From positions 47,120,001 through 47,184,000 of the forward strand of contig NC_042998.1 in NCBI RefSeq assembly GCF_006345805.1: a DNA stretch of 64,000 bases, in the 5' to 3' direction. The position numbers and the translations under genes are program-made. A model generated the notes under the pieces. The model saw only the letters and a program-made list of their open reading frames with translations, did not search any database and was not told the origin of the DNA. Origin of the DNA: Octopus sinensis. Lineage: Eukaryota. This document shows positions 1-12,375 of the stretch, one piece after another (position 1 is the stretch's first letter; each line of letters opens with the position of its first letter).

Positions 1-636
1 GCATATCCAGTAGTTATCGAAACTTAGTTGTTGAGAAACATAGACAAAATCTATTTATCAGGACCACAGTATAGTAAGACGTAACAATCTGAGATTTCTG
101 ATCGCAAACAAAGACGTATAAATTTCAACTGTTCCCCACCAACCCACAAATAAAAAAAATGCAAGCTAAACGACACAAAAACAACTATGAAATCATTATA
201 ATTGTAAACAAGTAATGACGAGTAACACTAATATTGGACAAAGTATGATTAGTTTCCATTGGTATCAGATAAAAAAAAAAAACGTTATACGCTATGTGTT
301 GAAGCTGTCGCATATTTTCTTCCTGATTCTTTTCCTTGTTTAAATAATCCTGCCAAAGCTTTAAAATATTTACTAGAAACTGATAATTTGTATATTTAAA
401 ATATTTGATATCAGTGCAAAGTCGGTCGTAGGGGGTTGCATGAATAAAGTGCTGGACCGTTCGCTGAAAAGTTCAGCAAAGGAACTAGATCTTTATAGAA
501 ACCCCTTTTCGTTCGCAACACTTCATTCGTTTCCACCATTTCATCACCCTCTCATATACATACATATATATATATGAGTGTGCGTGTATGTGAGTGTGTT
601 TGTGTATACATAACATCATCAACAACAACAACAACA

Positions 637-697
<61 letters not shown>

Positions 698-924
698 TTT
701 CAAAAGTATAAGATTAATATCCCTGGTAAAATCCGTAATCAAGAAACTAGCGATGGATCTCTATCGGCAACTACTCCAAGAAGATTTTCTTTAAACTTTC
801 ACAAAACTGAATCGCTAAAACGTACAGCGAATGTAACGATTCTTTCCCTTGCTTTTATTATGAGAATGAAGGGAAGAGAGAGAGGGGGAAAGAGAGAAAA
901 ACAGAGAAAGAGATAGATACAAGC

Positions 925-1093
925 CGATACAGCTTGGCACATGTGACATCGCAAACCATTTCTACAGTTCAGTGAACTGGAGGAGGCTACATGAAATAAA
1001 GTGTCTTGCTCAGGAACACAACACTCTGCCCGGTCCAGGTATCGAACTCGCAACTTCACGATTGTAGGCCTGAAGATCTACCCACTGAGCCAC
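925..1093 (-). mobile_element. tRNA-derived SINE, family C, 3'-truncated
   Basis: Minus strand has A-box TGGCTCAGTGGG and B-box GAGTTCGATACC, then the GAGCAAGACACTTTATTTC core shared with 2112-2438 and 24955-25265. Confidence 0.75.
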
Positions 1094-1200
1094 ATACATA
1101 CATACATACATACATACATACATACATACATACATACATACATACATACATAAGTACATTCATACATACATACATAAGTACATTCATACATACATACATA

Positions 1201-1615
1201 GGCGCAGGAGTAGCTGTGTGGTAAGTGACTTGCTTACCAACGAAATGGTTGTGGGTTCAGTCCCACTGCGTGGTACCTTGGGCAAGTGTCTTCTACTATA
1301 GCCTCGGGCCGACCAAAGCCTTGTGACTGGATTTGGTAGACGGAGTCTGAAAGAAGCCCGTCGTGTATATATGTATATGTATATATATAAATATGTGTGT
1401 TTGACCCCCCCCCCCAACATAGCTTGAGAACCGATGCTGGTGTGTTTAAGTCACCGTCACTTAGCGGTTCGGCAAAAAAGACCGATAGAATAAGTAGTAG
1501 GCTTACAAAGAATTCGTCCTGGGGTCGATTTGCTCGACAAAGGCGGTGCTCCAGCATGGCTGCAGCCAAATGACTGAAACAAATAAAAGAGAGTAAAAAA
1601 GAGAGTAAAGAGACA
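1201..1615 (+). mobile_element. tRNA-derived SINE, family A (octopus-type), near full length
   Basis: GGCGCAGGAGTAGCTGTGTGGTAAG head, GGTTCAGTCCC B-box, CCTTGGGCAAGTGTC core, tail GGCGGTGCTCCAGCATGGC..TGACTGAAAC with (AAAGAG)n. Partial copies at 8540-8635, 9380-9590, 22244-22410, 25290-25500 and 30780-30990(-). Confidence 0.85.
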
Positions 1616-2111
1616 TACATATATACATACATTCATACTTATATACACCCCCATATATGTGTATATATACACACACAGCCGCACATTCACACATATACAC
1701 ACACACACACATTCACACATATACATGCATAAAAACATGCATACATGTAGACATGCACAAGCATACATAATGACAAAAGTTTTCTCTCCACATCCTTAAC
1801 ATGTTTTCTTAAATTCTGTTTTAGGAAGCAGCGGTAAATATTTTCGTTTTCCTTTCAATTATTGCAAAAATTGTTTAAAATACAAAACTGATTCTTCGGA
1901 CAAGTTAAATCATATTTTCATTCATACTTTTTAGTTGCTGCTCCCGTTTGATGATTATAATTAAGCAGTTGTTGACATTATCTTTAATGAGTTTCATTTT
2001 CCCTGTATCCCTTTTTAAATATTTGAATCATGGTAGCGTTTTTCATAACAACTTAATTCCATTTTTCCAGAACAGTATTACAGTTTTCATTATTCCTAGT
2101 ATTCTGAGACG

Positions 2112-2438
2112 CATGGCTCTGTGGTTAGAGCGTCGCGCTTACGATCGTGAGGTTGTGAGTTCGAATCCCGGACCGGGCTGCGTGTTTTGCTCTTGAGCAA
2201 GACACTTTATTTCATGTTGCTCCAGTTCACTCAGCTGTAGAAATGAGATGCGATGTCACAAGTGCCAAGCTGTATCGGCCGTTGCCTTTCTCTTGGATGA
2301 CATTGGTGGTGTGTAGAGGGGAGGCCGCTATGCATGGGTGACTGCTGGTCTTCCATAAACAACCTTGCCCAGACTTGTGCCTAGGAGGGTAACTTTCTAG
2401 GTGTAATCCCGTGGTCAGTCATGACCGAAGGGGGTCTC
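2112..2438 (+). mobile_element. tRNA-derived SINE, family C, full length
   Basis: A-box TGGCTCTGTGG, B-box GAGTTCGAATCCC, core CTTGAGCAAGACACTTTATT, 3' stem-loop GGTCAGTCATGACC. Confidence 0.85.
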
Positions 2439-2623
2439 AGTATTCTGAGAAGAGACATATGATGATATTTTCAATTCTGGTGAATTAACATTATTTTGTT
2501 GTGTCTTGATATCATTAATATCGAACATTAATTGTCTTTGCCCATTGTATACCATCATCAAGGATGGCGGTTAATGTTTGTTGATGAATGTATCTTTAAT
2601 TTTTTGAATACACATAAGAGCCT

Positions 2624-2915
2624 TTATGTTGTTGTTTGTTCCTTCTCGAGCCATGATTGGCTCATAAGGGCCGATTTCCCGGTTTCATTGGCGTGTAGGT
2701 TCCCCACCTGGACGGAACGCCGGCCCATCGCAGGTGAGCTGTTAGATGCAAGAGGGAAGACTGAAAGTTGTGGCGAAAGAGTCAGAAGAAGTTCGCCAGT
2801 ACCTTTTTCCGGAGCCGCGTGGAGCTTAGATGTTTCGCTCATAAACACACATATCGCTCGGTCTGAGATTCGAACTTGCGTTCCCTCGACTGCGAGTCCA
2901 CTGCTCTATCCACTT
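2624..2915 (-). mobile_element. tRNA-derived SINE, family D
   Basis: Minus strand has a tRNA-like head (GGACTCGCAGTC..AAGTTCGAATCTC) and a 3' end GGCTCGAGAAGGAACAAACAACAAC; related partial copy at 30480-30690. Confidence 0.7.
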
Positions 2916-2949
2916 GACCATGGACCTCCAAAGCTTTTATAGTGATCTC

Positions 2950-3147
2950 AAATTTCGGTACAAGACCAGCAACTTCGAGGCAGGGGGTAAGTCGATGATA
3001 TCGATCCCAGTCCTTAAGTGGTACTTATTTTATCGACCCCGAAAGGATGAAATGTCAAGTCGACCTCAGCAGAATTTGAACTCAGAACGTAAAGACGGAC
3101 GAAATGCTGATAAGCATTTTGTCCCATTCTGCCAGCTCGTCGCCTTT
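2950..3147 (-). mobile_element. SINE family B (central GCCTTTCATCCTTTCGGGGTCGATAAA domain)
   Basis: Shared domain found in many copies: 5480-5640, 20270-20420, 24775-24935, 29060-29425, 35630-35770, 42001-42410, 45893-46085, 53895-54100, 57180-57385. Confidence 0.8.
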
Positions 3148-3227
3148 ATAAGATATTTTATATTGGATACGGTTGTCCATATCCTCTGGCCGCACGCTCG
3201 CACACACACACTCATCATCTATTAAAT

Positions 3228-3585
3228 AAATTTCGTTCTGTCTGTCTGTGGGTGTGTATTCTAGGATTTCGGGCATCCTCCATCCGATTGCACTCAAATT
3301 TGATATGTAGATACCGACAGAATCAGGGCGTGTATACGTCTTGAAAAATTACAAAAATCGATTCCAGGTGAGAATGCGATCGACAAAGCCTTGGGAACGT
3401 GCATTTGTACGCGCAAATACATCAGTCGAAATCCGTCTTTTGCTGGTGTCTCAAATTTAGGTTAAATCAGTGTTTCTCAAAAGGGAGGCCTATGCGACGG
3501 TCGGACAAGTTGTTTTGAGAAAATTTGGTTTAAATGTTTGACAACACAGCACCGTCCATTGGACGGAGAGCGTTTTGCTCGTTTA
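3228..3585 (+). mobile_element. Non-autonomous Helentron/DINE-1-like (HINE-type) element
   Basis: Internal (GTCT)n near the 5' end, 3' hairpin CCGTCC-ATT-GGACGG (3552-3566) then AGCGTTTTGCTCGT; second copy at 55075-55545. The class is inferred from architecture. Confidence 0.5.
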
Positions 3586-4081
3586 TATAATAATACTGGT
3601 TTCTTATTTAATCAAATCATCAAAATAATAATTATTATAATGATTTCTTACCAATATATCTTAATACCAACTTTGCATTGTTCATATCTTTCACGGAGAG
3701 TGTGATATTTAGGACGGGCTTATACTGAGATACACTTGATATGTGTGGCAAGAAGAAGGGAAGTAGCCGGGAGAGATATGATTAAGTGGAGCAGAACTGA
3801 GATACAAATGCCACGATAGGGATGCAAGAAAAGGTGGAGTGAGAATACAGAACGACTCTAGTGCTGATGTTAAACTATATTGGTGAGCTCCTTCATGTCA
3901 GTTTTTGGAGAGGCTTTTGTGGATATGCGTGGATACGCGGCTAGGCTATTTTTATTAGCAGCATCATCGTACTCGTTAATGAAGGAGCATACTTTATTGC
4001 TCTCATTTGAGATTTATAGGGGCCTAACAGTTGTGCAAATAAGTATGTTCTGGTCATCGTTGCGGTGTAGTTTTTGCAGAG

Positions 4082-4431
4082 CAGTGGTCCTCAACCGAGG
4101 TCCAAATTTCCCCTGAGAGTCCATATAAGATTGTTGGGATCCATACACAAAAATTATCAGTTGGAGATCCACAATAGTATTTTAAGGACATCAAAAACAA
4201 TTTTGCTGTTGATGTATATATTGGTATGTATTGTAAGAAACAGCTAGATTCCACTCTTTAACATTTTACATAGTCCAACCTACACAAATTAATATGTGGA
4301 AAACAAAAGGCATTTTGAAAGAATTTTCTAGAAAACAAGTTTTTAAACATCAAATGGCGATAGGGGTCCACTAGAATAAAATAGTATTCAAAGGAATCTA
4401 GAGTGATAAAAAGTGGTTGAGAACTCCTCTG
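4082..4431. mobile_element. hAT-type MITE (degenerate)
   Basis: Terminal inverted repeats CAGTGGTCCTCAAC and GTTGAGAACTCCTCTG resemble hAT/Charlie ends; no clean 8-bp TSD. Confidence 0.55.
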
Positions 4432-6811
4432 TAGGTTCTGGAGAGTTAATTAGTGATTATGAGGCCTCGCATTATTAGCGTCTTTGATAATTTTCGTTGC
4501 CTACGTTTATTACTAAGGAGTACAAGATTATTTCTTTGGAAGCCGCAGTGATTGTATGACCGAACTGTCGAAGTAGACAAGAGTAACATGACTTAATTTT
4601 TTTAAAAGAAGGCGCAATAGTCTTGGTTGGAACGTCTAGAGCTAACCTGTTGTTAAACAAACAATATGAACAATAACAAAAACAACAATATCAACAACCG
4701 AAAAGCAATTATTTGACTTGGGAATCAAAACCAGGTCGTGGATTCAGCTCACCGAGATCTAAACTTGATTATTGTACGGTACTCATAGGACCATGTTAAC
4801 TATAGTAATATATCTACATTAGCAGTAAAGTGAAGCGGCCTAAATGAAGCGATTGTCATGTATCTATTGAAATAAGGAATTTAAGAGATGAAATGAGAGA
4901 CAGCTATCTCACTGGAATAAAAAGATGAAAGTCATAAAGTGAATTATAAAAGAAACGTGTGAATTGAAATGCAAAGGGATGACGGGAATCTGCGAAAAGA
5001 AAATACTTCAGGATATCGTAAATATTTAATAACATATATTTAATGTTTTGGATGGGTAAACAGACTGATATTTCCAACACATTTAATTAGAGAGGTTCAA
5101 CACGACTGAAATACCTTTGATCACATGTTGCTCGAGGAAATCTGACTTAAGACCAAAGAAAAACAAGCGACAACAAGAACAAAACAGCCATAAAACAACA
5201 ATAAACAAAAACATCAATAATAGCAGCAACAACAATAAAAACAACGTATGTCAACAAAGCTAGAGGTGAGCCTCAATCCAATCACTCAACCTGCTAGAAA
5301 TGACAGCCAAACATTACTCAAGCTCACACTTGACTTCATAAAACTACTTACCATATGGTTTCAGATATAGAAAAAGATGGAGAATCAAAGTTTAAACGTC
5401 TTTGACTGATCCTTCAAAATTGATCTGAGATAAACAACAGCAAATATAACAATAAAAACACCCGGAAAAATATTGGTTTCAAATTTTGACACAAAGCTGG
5501 CAATTTCAGGAGAGGGCTAAGTCGATTTCGGTGTTCAACTGGTACTTATTTTATCGATCCTAAAAGATGAAAGCAAAGTCGACCTTGACGAACTGTGAGC
5601 TCAGAACATAAAGACCAACAAAATGTAGCGGCCAGCTGTCGACCTTGCACCTGGAAAAAATATTAGCACCAAGGTTCAAATGTAAATGATATACCATGTT
5701 TATATCAAAACTACAAAGATATATACACATGTACACACGTGCTTATGAGCATTGGTTTTCGTTTAATGGCTTACATAATTGGTTTTAGCAGAACATATCC
5801 AGCCCAATTCTTCGTACACTCTTCTACCTATGTTATCGATCACTAATTTATTCAATGTCTAGGTAATCTCGGAAGCAACAGTAGATTCTGCCAATAAGTA
5901 TAAACACAGGTCCACTTACATATATGTGTATACACTTATCTGTATAACTATCCATTAATCTCTTCGTCTATTTATCCATCCATTCATCCATCCATCCATC
6001 GATCAATCCATCCATCCATCCGTCCATCCATTCATCTAACCATACATACATATATATCTTCTTACTTGCACACACACACACACACACACACGTGTGTGTA
6101 TGTATGTGTATTTGTGTATGTATCTGTGTGTGTATGCATATACATAGATAGATAGGTACATACATACATACATTCATACATACATACATACATACATACA
6201 TACATACATACATACATACATACATGCATACATACATTCATACATACATACATACATACATTTATACATACATACATACATAATACACCTGCGCTTTCGA
6301 AACTTATTCTTTCCTCGCCGCGATTCTTTCTTTCGCGTGCTCGAGTGCGAGCGTGTCTGTGTGTGTGTGTGTGCGAAAGTCTGTATATATGTGTGTGTGT
6401 CTGTGTGCGTGTCTGTGTGGGTGTTTTTGTGTGCATGTGTGCACGCGCGTGTGCGTGCGCGCGTGTGTGTGTGTGTGCACACGCAGGCATTAAAACAATG
6501 TATTAATGTATAGCCGAACTTCTAAGTACTGACTGTAGACACATAAAATCTGCATAAATATATATGCATGTGTGTACGAGGGTTTCTGGGCATGCATGTC
6601 TATATGTTCTTTGTATCAATACATATTAATTTGATGTATTTATGCGTGTACATTTGAACGTATAACCGTTGCATATGCTTACATAGGTAAACATATTTAT
6701 GAATATTATTTACATTATTTACATTCGACGGATATTTGTCCTCATCTTTTTTGTTGTTAACACAACGTTTCGGCTGATACACACATATACACACATATAT
6801 ACAGACTCCAC

Positions 6812-7090
6812 GGGCATATGGCGTAGTTGATAAGAGCGCGGGCTACTAACCCCAAGATTCCGAGTTCGATTCCAAGCAGTGACCTGAACAATAATAATAA
6901 TAATAATAATAACAACAACATCGAAAAATACCTTAGGAATGAGAACCCAGGTTCGAAATTTCCCCAAGACACCTGAAGAAGGCTGGAGGGTATATCAGCT
7001 GAAACGTGTTAACAACAAACAAGATAAGGACAAATATCCGTCGAATGTAAATAATGTACATAATTCCTCATCTCTTAAATATAGAACTAT
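6812..7090 (+). mobile_element. tRNA-headed SINE-like element with hammerhead-bearing 3' body
   Basis: A-box TGGCGTAGTTGA (6819-6830), B-box GAGTTCGATTCC (6862-6873), (TAA)n linker, then HHR core at 6973-7005; an inverted copy of the 3' part lies at 6701-6779. Confidence 0.75.
6968..7010 (+). ncRNA. Type I hammerhead ribozyme motif (cleavage triplet deleted in this copy)
   Basis: gACAC-CTGAAGA-a-GGCTG-loop-CAGCT-GAAAC-[GTT missing]-GTGTt; the inverted copy at 6759-6779 keeps GAAAC-GTT-GTGTT. Confidence 0.7.
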
Positions 7091-7263
7091 ATTTATGAAT
7101 ATATGAGGAGAGCAGACCTTAAAGCAAATGAAATTGAAAAAATATATAAAATACACACCTGTGTTTTGCGCGTATGTGTGTGTGTGTTTATGTACATAAT
7201 ATTTTTTTTATTCCCTAAGAAGCATTTAGTAGCATGTTTCTATATACGTATGCAATTATCTAC

Positions 7264-7355
<92 letters not shown>

Positions 7356-8771
7356 ATATATATATATATATATACATATTTACATATCTACCTATCTTTA
7401 TTAATCAATCGCTGTCATTCTCTCTCTTCCTCCTCTCTCTCTCTCTCTCTGCACACACACACACACAACACACACAAACACATATATATATATATATGTA
7501 TAACCATACACTCGGAAATGTAGATATATAAACAGTATATATAATATTTAGATGTGTATAAACATAAGCATGTATATATTTTTATAGTGAATAAATGACT
7601 ATATATATATATATACGTATATTTTCATAAGTACATACATAAACACACACCTCTCGCAGCCACACACATATAAATATGTGTATATATATTTATAAAAATA
7701 TCTACATATAAGCATACATGCATACATAGAGAACAAAGAACAGATATCTTTAAGAGGATTCACTTACACTCTTCCTACTTACTCTTAAAGCCAAACAGTA
7801 GCATCACTATGTACTTAACAGAAATACAGAATGAATCAAAGACCTTTCAGTTTGGGCGAAGCTGGGGCCTTTGCCTCACGACATGCCAGATGCATTTATC
7901 CTTAAGGGTCCACCAAAAACACTGGCTTTATTGAATAGTCTCTTATTCACGGTATGACGTGTGCGTTGGCGTGTGCTCATGTTAATGAGTCTATCTACAA
8001 GAACCACCTTCAATCTTCAACGGTTTATTCATAAGAAAGCTATTGTCTTGTGTTTAATTCATGTCAGTTCTGGGGGAAGATACTCGTCTGTAAAATTTCA
8101 GTCCAAGAATAACAACATGATAGATAGACAGGCTCTGAGGCTTACTGTGAACTATTTCATTCTTTAAAATTCTGCTAATTCATCTTGAAAGATGTAATTA
8201 AATGTCTGTGATTAATAGCAAGGGGAGAAAAAAATCATTTTAAGACTGATAGAAACCTGTTAAATATCATACAAAAACATACGAAAATGGACATATATTT
8301 AACATAAAAATCCCTTCATCCGTCCATCCAACCAACCATACATGTATGTATGTGCGTGTGATCACGACGTGTGTATGCATAAATATCTATATGTGTGTGT
8401 GTGTGTATGTGTGTATGTGTGTATGCATATATACATATATATGTATGTATATATATGTATGTATTCATATATATATTATATATATATTATATTATATATA
8501 TATATATATTGGATGTATGCATATGTTATACTACTGTCTATGTGATAGGAACTTTGCTCCCCAACCACATGACTCCAGGTTCAGTCTCACTGTGTGGTGC
8601 CTTGGGTGTCTTCTATTATAGCTTCGGGCCGTCGTGTATATTTATATATATAGTACTTTATTTAGTTTTAGGTAAATGTTTTATCGTATCTTTAATTTTT
8701 TCAATATAGAATGATTAAGTATATCATTGTTGAATTGCTTCATGGTGTTTCTTCTCTAATTTATGTACATG

Positions 8772-8803
<32 letters not shown>

Positions 8804-8917
8804 ATATATATGTAGGTACCGGGGTGAGTCGGGGTTAACCACAGTAAATAAGGTACTCAATACATAGCAGAGTAAAATAATTTATTTTATAGAAGGGGCT
8901 TCTACAGGACTAGAACT

Positions 8918-8966
8918 GTTTCCTGAAGATTTCATTTGAATGAAACAGTTCTAGTCCTGTAGAAGC
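8918..8966 (+). ncRNA. Type I hammerhead ribozyme motif inside a 36-bp fold-back
   Basis: GTTTC-CTGAAGA-tTTC-attt-GAAt-GAA-ACAG-ttctagtc-CTGT-A/GAAGC; stem III is 4 bp, stem I is 5 bp with one GU pair. Confidence 0.7.
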
Positions 8967-9012
8967 TCCTTCTATAATATATATATATATATATATATAA
9001 TATATATATAAT

Positions 9013-9043
<31 letters not shown>

Positions 9044-9874
9044 GCATATATACATACGTATATGTACATACCTGCATATATACGTATATATATAAGCATA
9101 CGTGGGCAACAGGACGTCATAGGACGTCTACAACAACAACAAAATACGATGCAGGAGTACATAGAACATTAACTATTCTTTCGAACAACGAAAGACACAA
9201 ATGGAAACCAATACAAACATCATAAAGAACGACCCTTCATCAGTTCTTGGCCGTTTGTCTAGTCTCGTATTTCGAGCATATACATACATATATATATGTG
9301 TGTGTGTGTGCGTGAGTGTGTTTGTGTGAGCGTGTGTGTGTGTGAGTGTGTGTGTTTGTGTATGTGTGTGTGTGTGTGCGTGCGTGTTTGTGTGTGTCTG
9401 AGTTTATCCCCCACCATCGCTTGACAACCGGTGTTGGTACGTTACGTCCCCGTAACATAGCGGTTCGGTCAAGTGTCCAATAAAATAAGTACTGGGATTA
9501 CAAAGTATAAATCCTGGGGTAAATTTGTTCGTCCAAAGGCGGCGCTCCAGCATAGCCGCAGTCAAATGACTGAAACAAGTAAAAAGATAAAAATATATAT
9601 ACATATATATATATATAATTTATATAATATATACATATATATATATATAATTTATATAATATATATACATATATATATATAATTTATATAATATATATAC
9701 ATATATATATATAATTTATATATATATATACATATATATATAATTTATATAATATATATATGCACGCACACACCCGCAACCATAAAATAGGAAAATATAA
9801 GTATACAATGAAATATCCTATTTTATTTATAACACCATACAAACATACATACCATACATACATACATACATACA

Positions 9875-9905
<31 letters not shown>

Positions 9906-11177
9906 TCTTACATAAACACACATACACACATTTATATACATATTTACAATTACGTGAATACATAAATGGATACTCGCATACATAGTGCTAAATATACTAA
10001 CACGCAAAAATAATGCAAAGTCTATCTGGGTATTTTACTTAAAATTGTAGTTAAGGACACTGTATATTTTGCAAGTCAGCGTCAATGAACCTATGAAATA
10101 TGCGGATTCAAAGATTACTAAGATATAATACACACGTACGTTAGTCCGTCAGAGCAACGAGGAGCTTTTTGTCAACTTTAAGGATGGCTGATGATTTGCG
10201 CATCGACAACCTCCCCCACTCTCGTCAGTGACCATCTTCCTTCCAGTGGCAAGACCAGATTAAAACGAATTAGGATGGAAATGGATATAGTGGATCACCC
10301 AGGTATCTTACTTGCCTCATCTAACTCACTGCACTCAAAAATGCGTTCCAATACTCACCTTCATCTCTTTTGAGCCATGAAGAATTTTGCCGCAGAGTCC
10401 GTCAGATCTAGTCATCACACATGCAGCTTGTGAATTAATCCATAGATTGGACCCTGACACGTGTTACTACTCAGCCAAAGTAGACTTGTGAAGAATTTTG
10501 GTTAAGGAGTGGTTTCGCAGTGTTCAAAATCCTAGAATTCTCGAGACAGTGTCCCGTTATCTGAGGCAATTTAATGTCATATACAAGTCAAACATATTTG
10601 TACACATGCATATGCACACGTAGCCAAATATGCCCGTATGCCCCTGCCTTTCCCTCTCTTGATCCACTAAGTATTCTGCCGCAGAGTACGCCAAATCCAG
10701 TCTTCACATGCATAGGTAGGCAAGCTCTAATACACTGATTGCCCAATAGCAATTTGTGAAGAATTTTGTTTAAGGGGTGGTTCTACACTCTTCAAAACCT
10801 TGGGATTCCCGCGCCAGTGTCCCGCTATTTGATACAGTTTCATATCATGCCCCGGACAAGCATATATACACACACATATACACACTTACGTATGTAAACA
10901 CATATGCACATAACGTTCTCATGCATAGAAAGATACAATCACACAACCCTCTTCACATATGTATCGATTATCGATTTTTAAAGTCAGTGAGAGGCTCCAA
11001 ATATCATAAGCATTTGGGCAAAAACTTGTTCACAGTTGCTTTTCTCCAGAAGATGAATCAGTTTTCTTTTTCTTAATGGTAAGTCAACTGTGGAGAATGT
11101 GTGTGCATGTATGCGTGTGTGCACGCGCATATATATATGGCTGTATATGTATACAAATTAAGTAGATATATTATACA

Positions 11178-11660
11178 CTAGCTGAATGGCCCGGCTTTGC
11201 CAGGGTTACAGCTGTTCTTATTCAGATTAGTAAAAAATAGATATAAAGATATATTCTCATAATTATTTCAAAATATCTATATTTTTATTAAAAAATATCC
11301 AAAGTGTAATGATAATAGAATTTCGAATTGAAATTGTCTTAATGCTGAACCACTTAATTGTATAATTTTTTGTTGCTTGTCGAAATGAATAAATTGTTGC
11401 CGCTTCCAACTAGCCAGCGAGCAACATAGAGTTGGCCGTGGGAGAAGCATGTAGTAGCGAGATCAAGTGCAACTATCTTGAGGGATTGACCCTGAGATTT
11501 GTTAATTGAAATACCAAAACTTAGTTTGATTGGAAGCTGAAGCGTCTTAAATTCAAATAGGACATCTGTAGGAATGAAAGGAAATTTTGGAATAAAGACA
11601 TTTTCTCCTTTGTGACTACCTGTTATAATTGTCTGAAGTGACAATTAAGCGAGTTCCATT
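11178..11660 (-). mobile_element. Helitron 3' end with PIF1-like helicase C-terminal fragment
   Basis: ORF 11354-11644 has SINKSQGQSL and CFSHGQLYVA motifs; GC hairpin at about 11190-11205 followed by CTAG|T terminus. Confidence 0.9.
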
Positions 11661-12340
11661 ACACAAGGTTCCTAAGCAACATAATGGGAGCAATCAGTTT
11701 TAGTGTCGAGTTATGCGAGTATGTGTGTATATATATATGTATGTATGTATATGTATATATATATGTGTGTGTGGGTGGGTGTATGTGTGTATATATGTAT
11801 ATATGTATGTATATGTATGTATATATATATAACCAAAAAATAAGCAACAAGAATGGATCGGTAGTTTAGTACAATTGTTTCATACTATAAACATTTTATT
11901 AAAGCTGCAAATATTACAGCAAATATAATGTCAAGTACTCTTCAGCTAAATTTCATATAGGTTTTCTAAACATCTTAGAGAGTGTAAATATCCTTATAAA
12001 GTTATAGAAGTGAGTTCCAGGAACTTGAAGTAAGATTCCAAGCAGACTATATATGTTTTCCAACAATACAAAGTTATTAAATTAATTATTGACATCTTAG
12101 AGAAGGTAAATCTACTCATAAATATGTGGATATAAATTTCAAGAAACATGGGGAAAGATGCCGATCAGACCACGGTTAAGTTCGCATCTAACATATACAT
12201 ACATACACCTGTATATATATTTTGTATATATATATATATATAGTTAATCCAAACATGAACAAAGAGAAAACACAACAATGCGAGGACGTGGAAAAAGTAT
12301 TGTGTTACTGGACGCTCAGGAAAGGAAGGAAAGAAGGAGG

Positions 12341-12375
12341 ATTTAACGTTTCGAGCGGAGCTCTTCGTCAGAAAC
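12341..12375 (-). ncRNA. Minimal type I hammerhead ribozyme motif in a PLE-type terminal repeat relic
   Basis: gTTT-CTGACGA-a-GAGC-tcc-GCTC-GAAAC-GTT/AAAt. Confidence 0.7.

Noticed and set aside
6812-6885. Possible tRNA gene
   Set aside because: No complete acceptor stem or proper cloverleaf; it is a SINE head, as are the other A/B-box sites
11855-11890. GAAAC-AATT-GTA-CTAAAC half hammerhead on the minus strand
   Set aside because: The 5' core half is absent; at most a remnant
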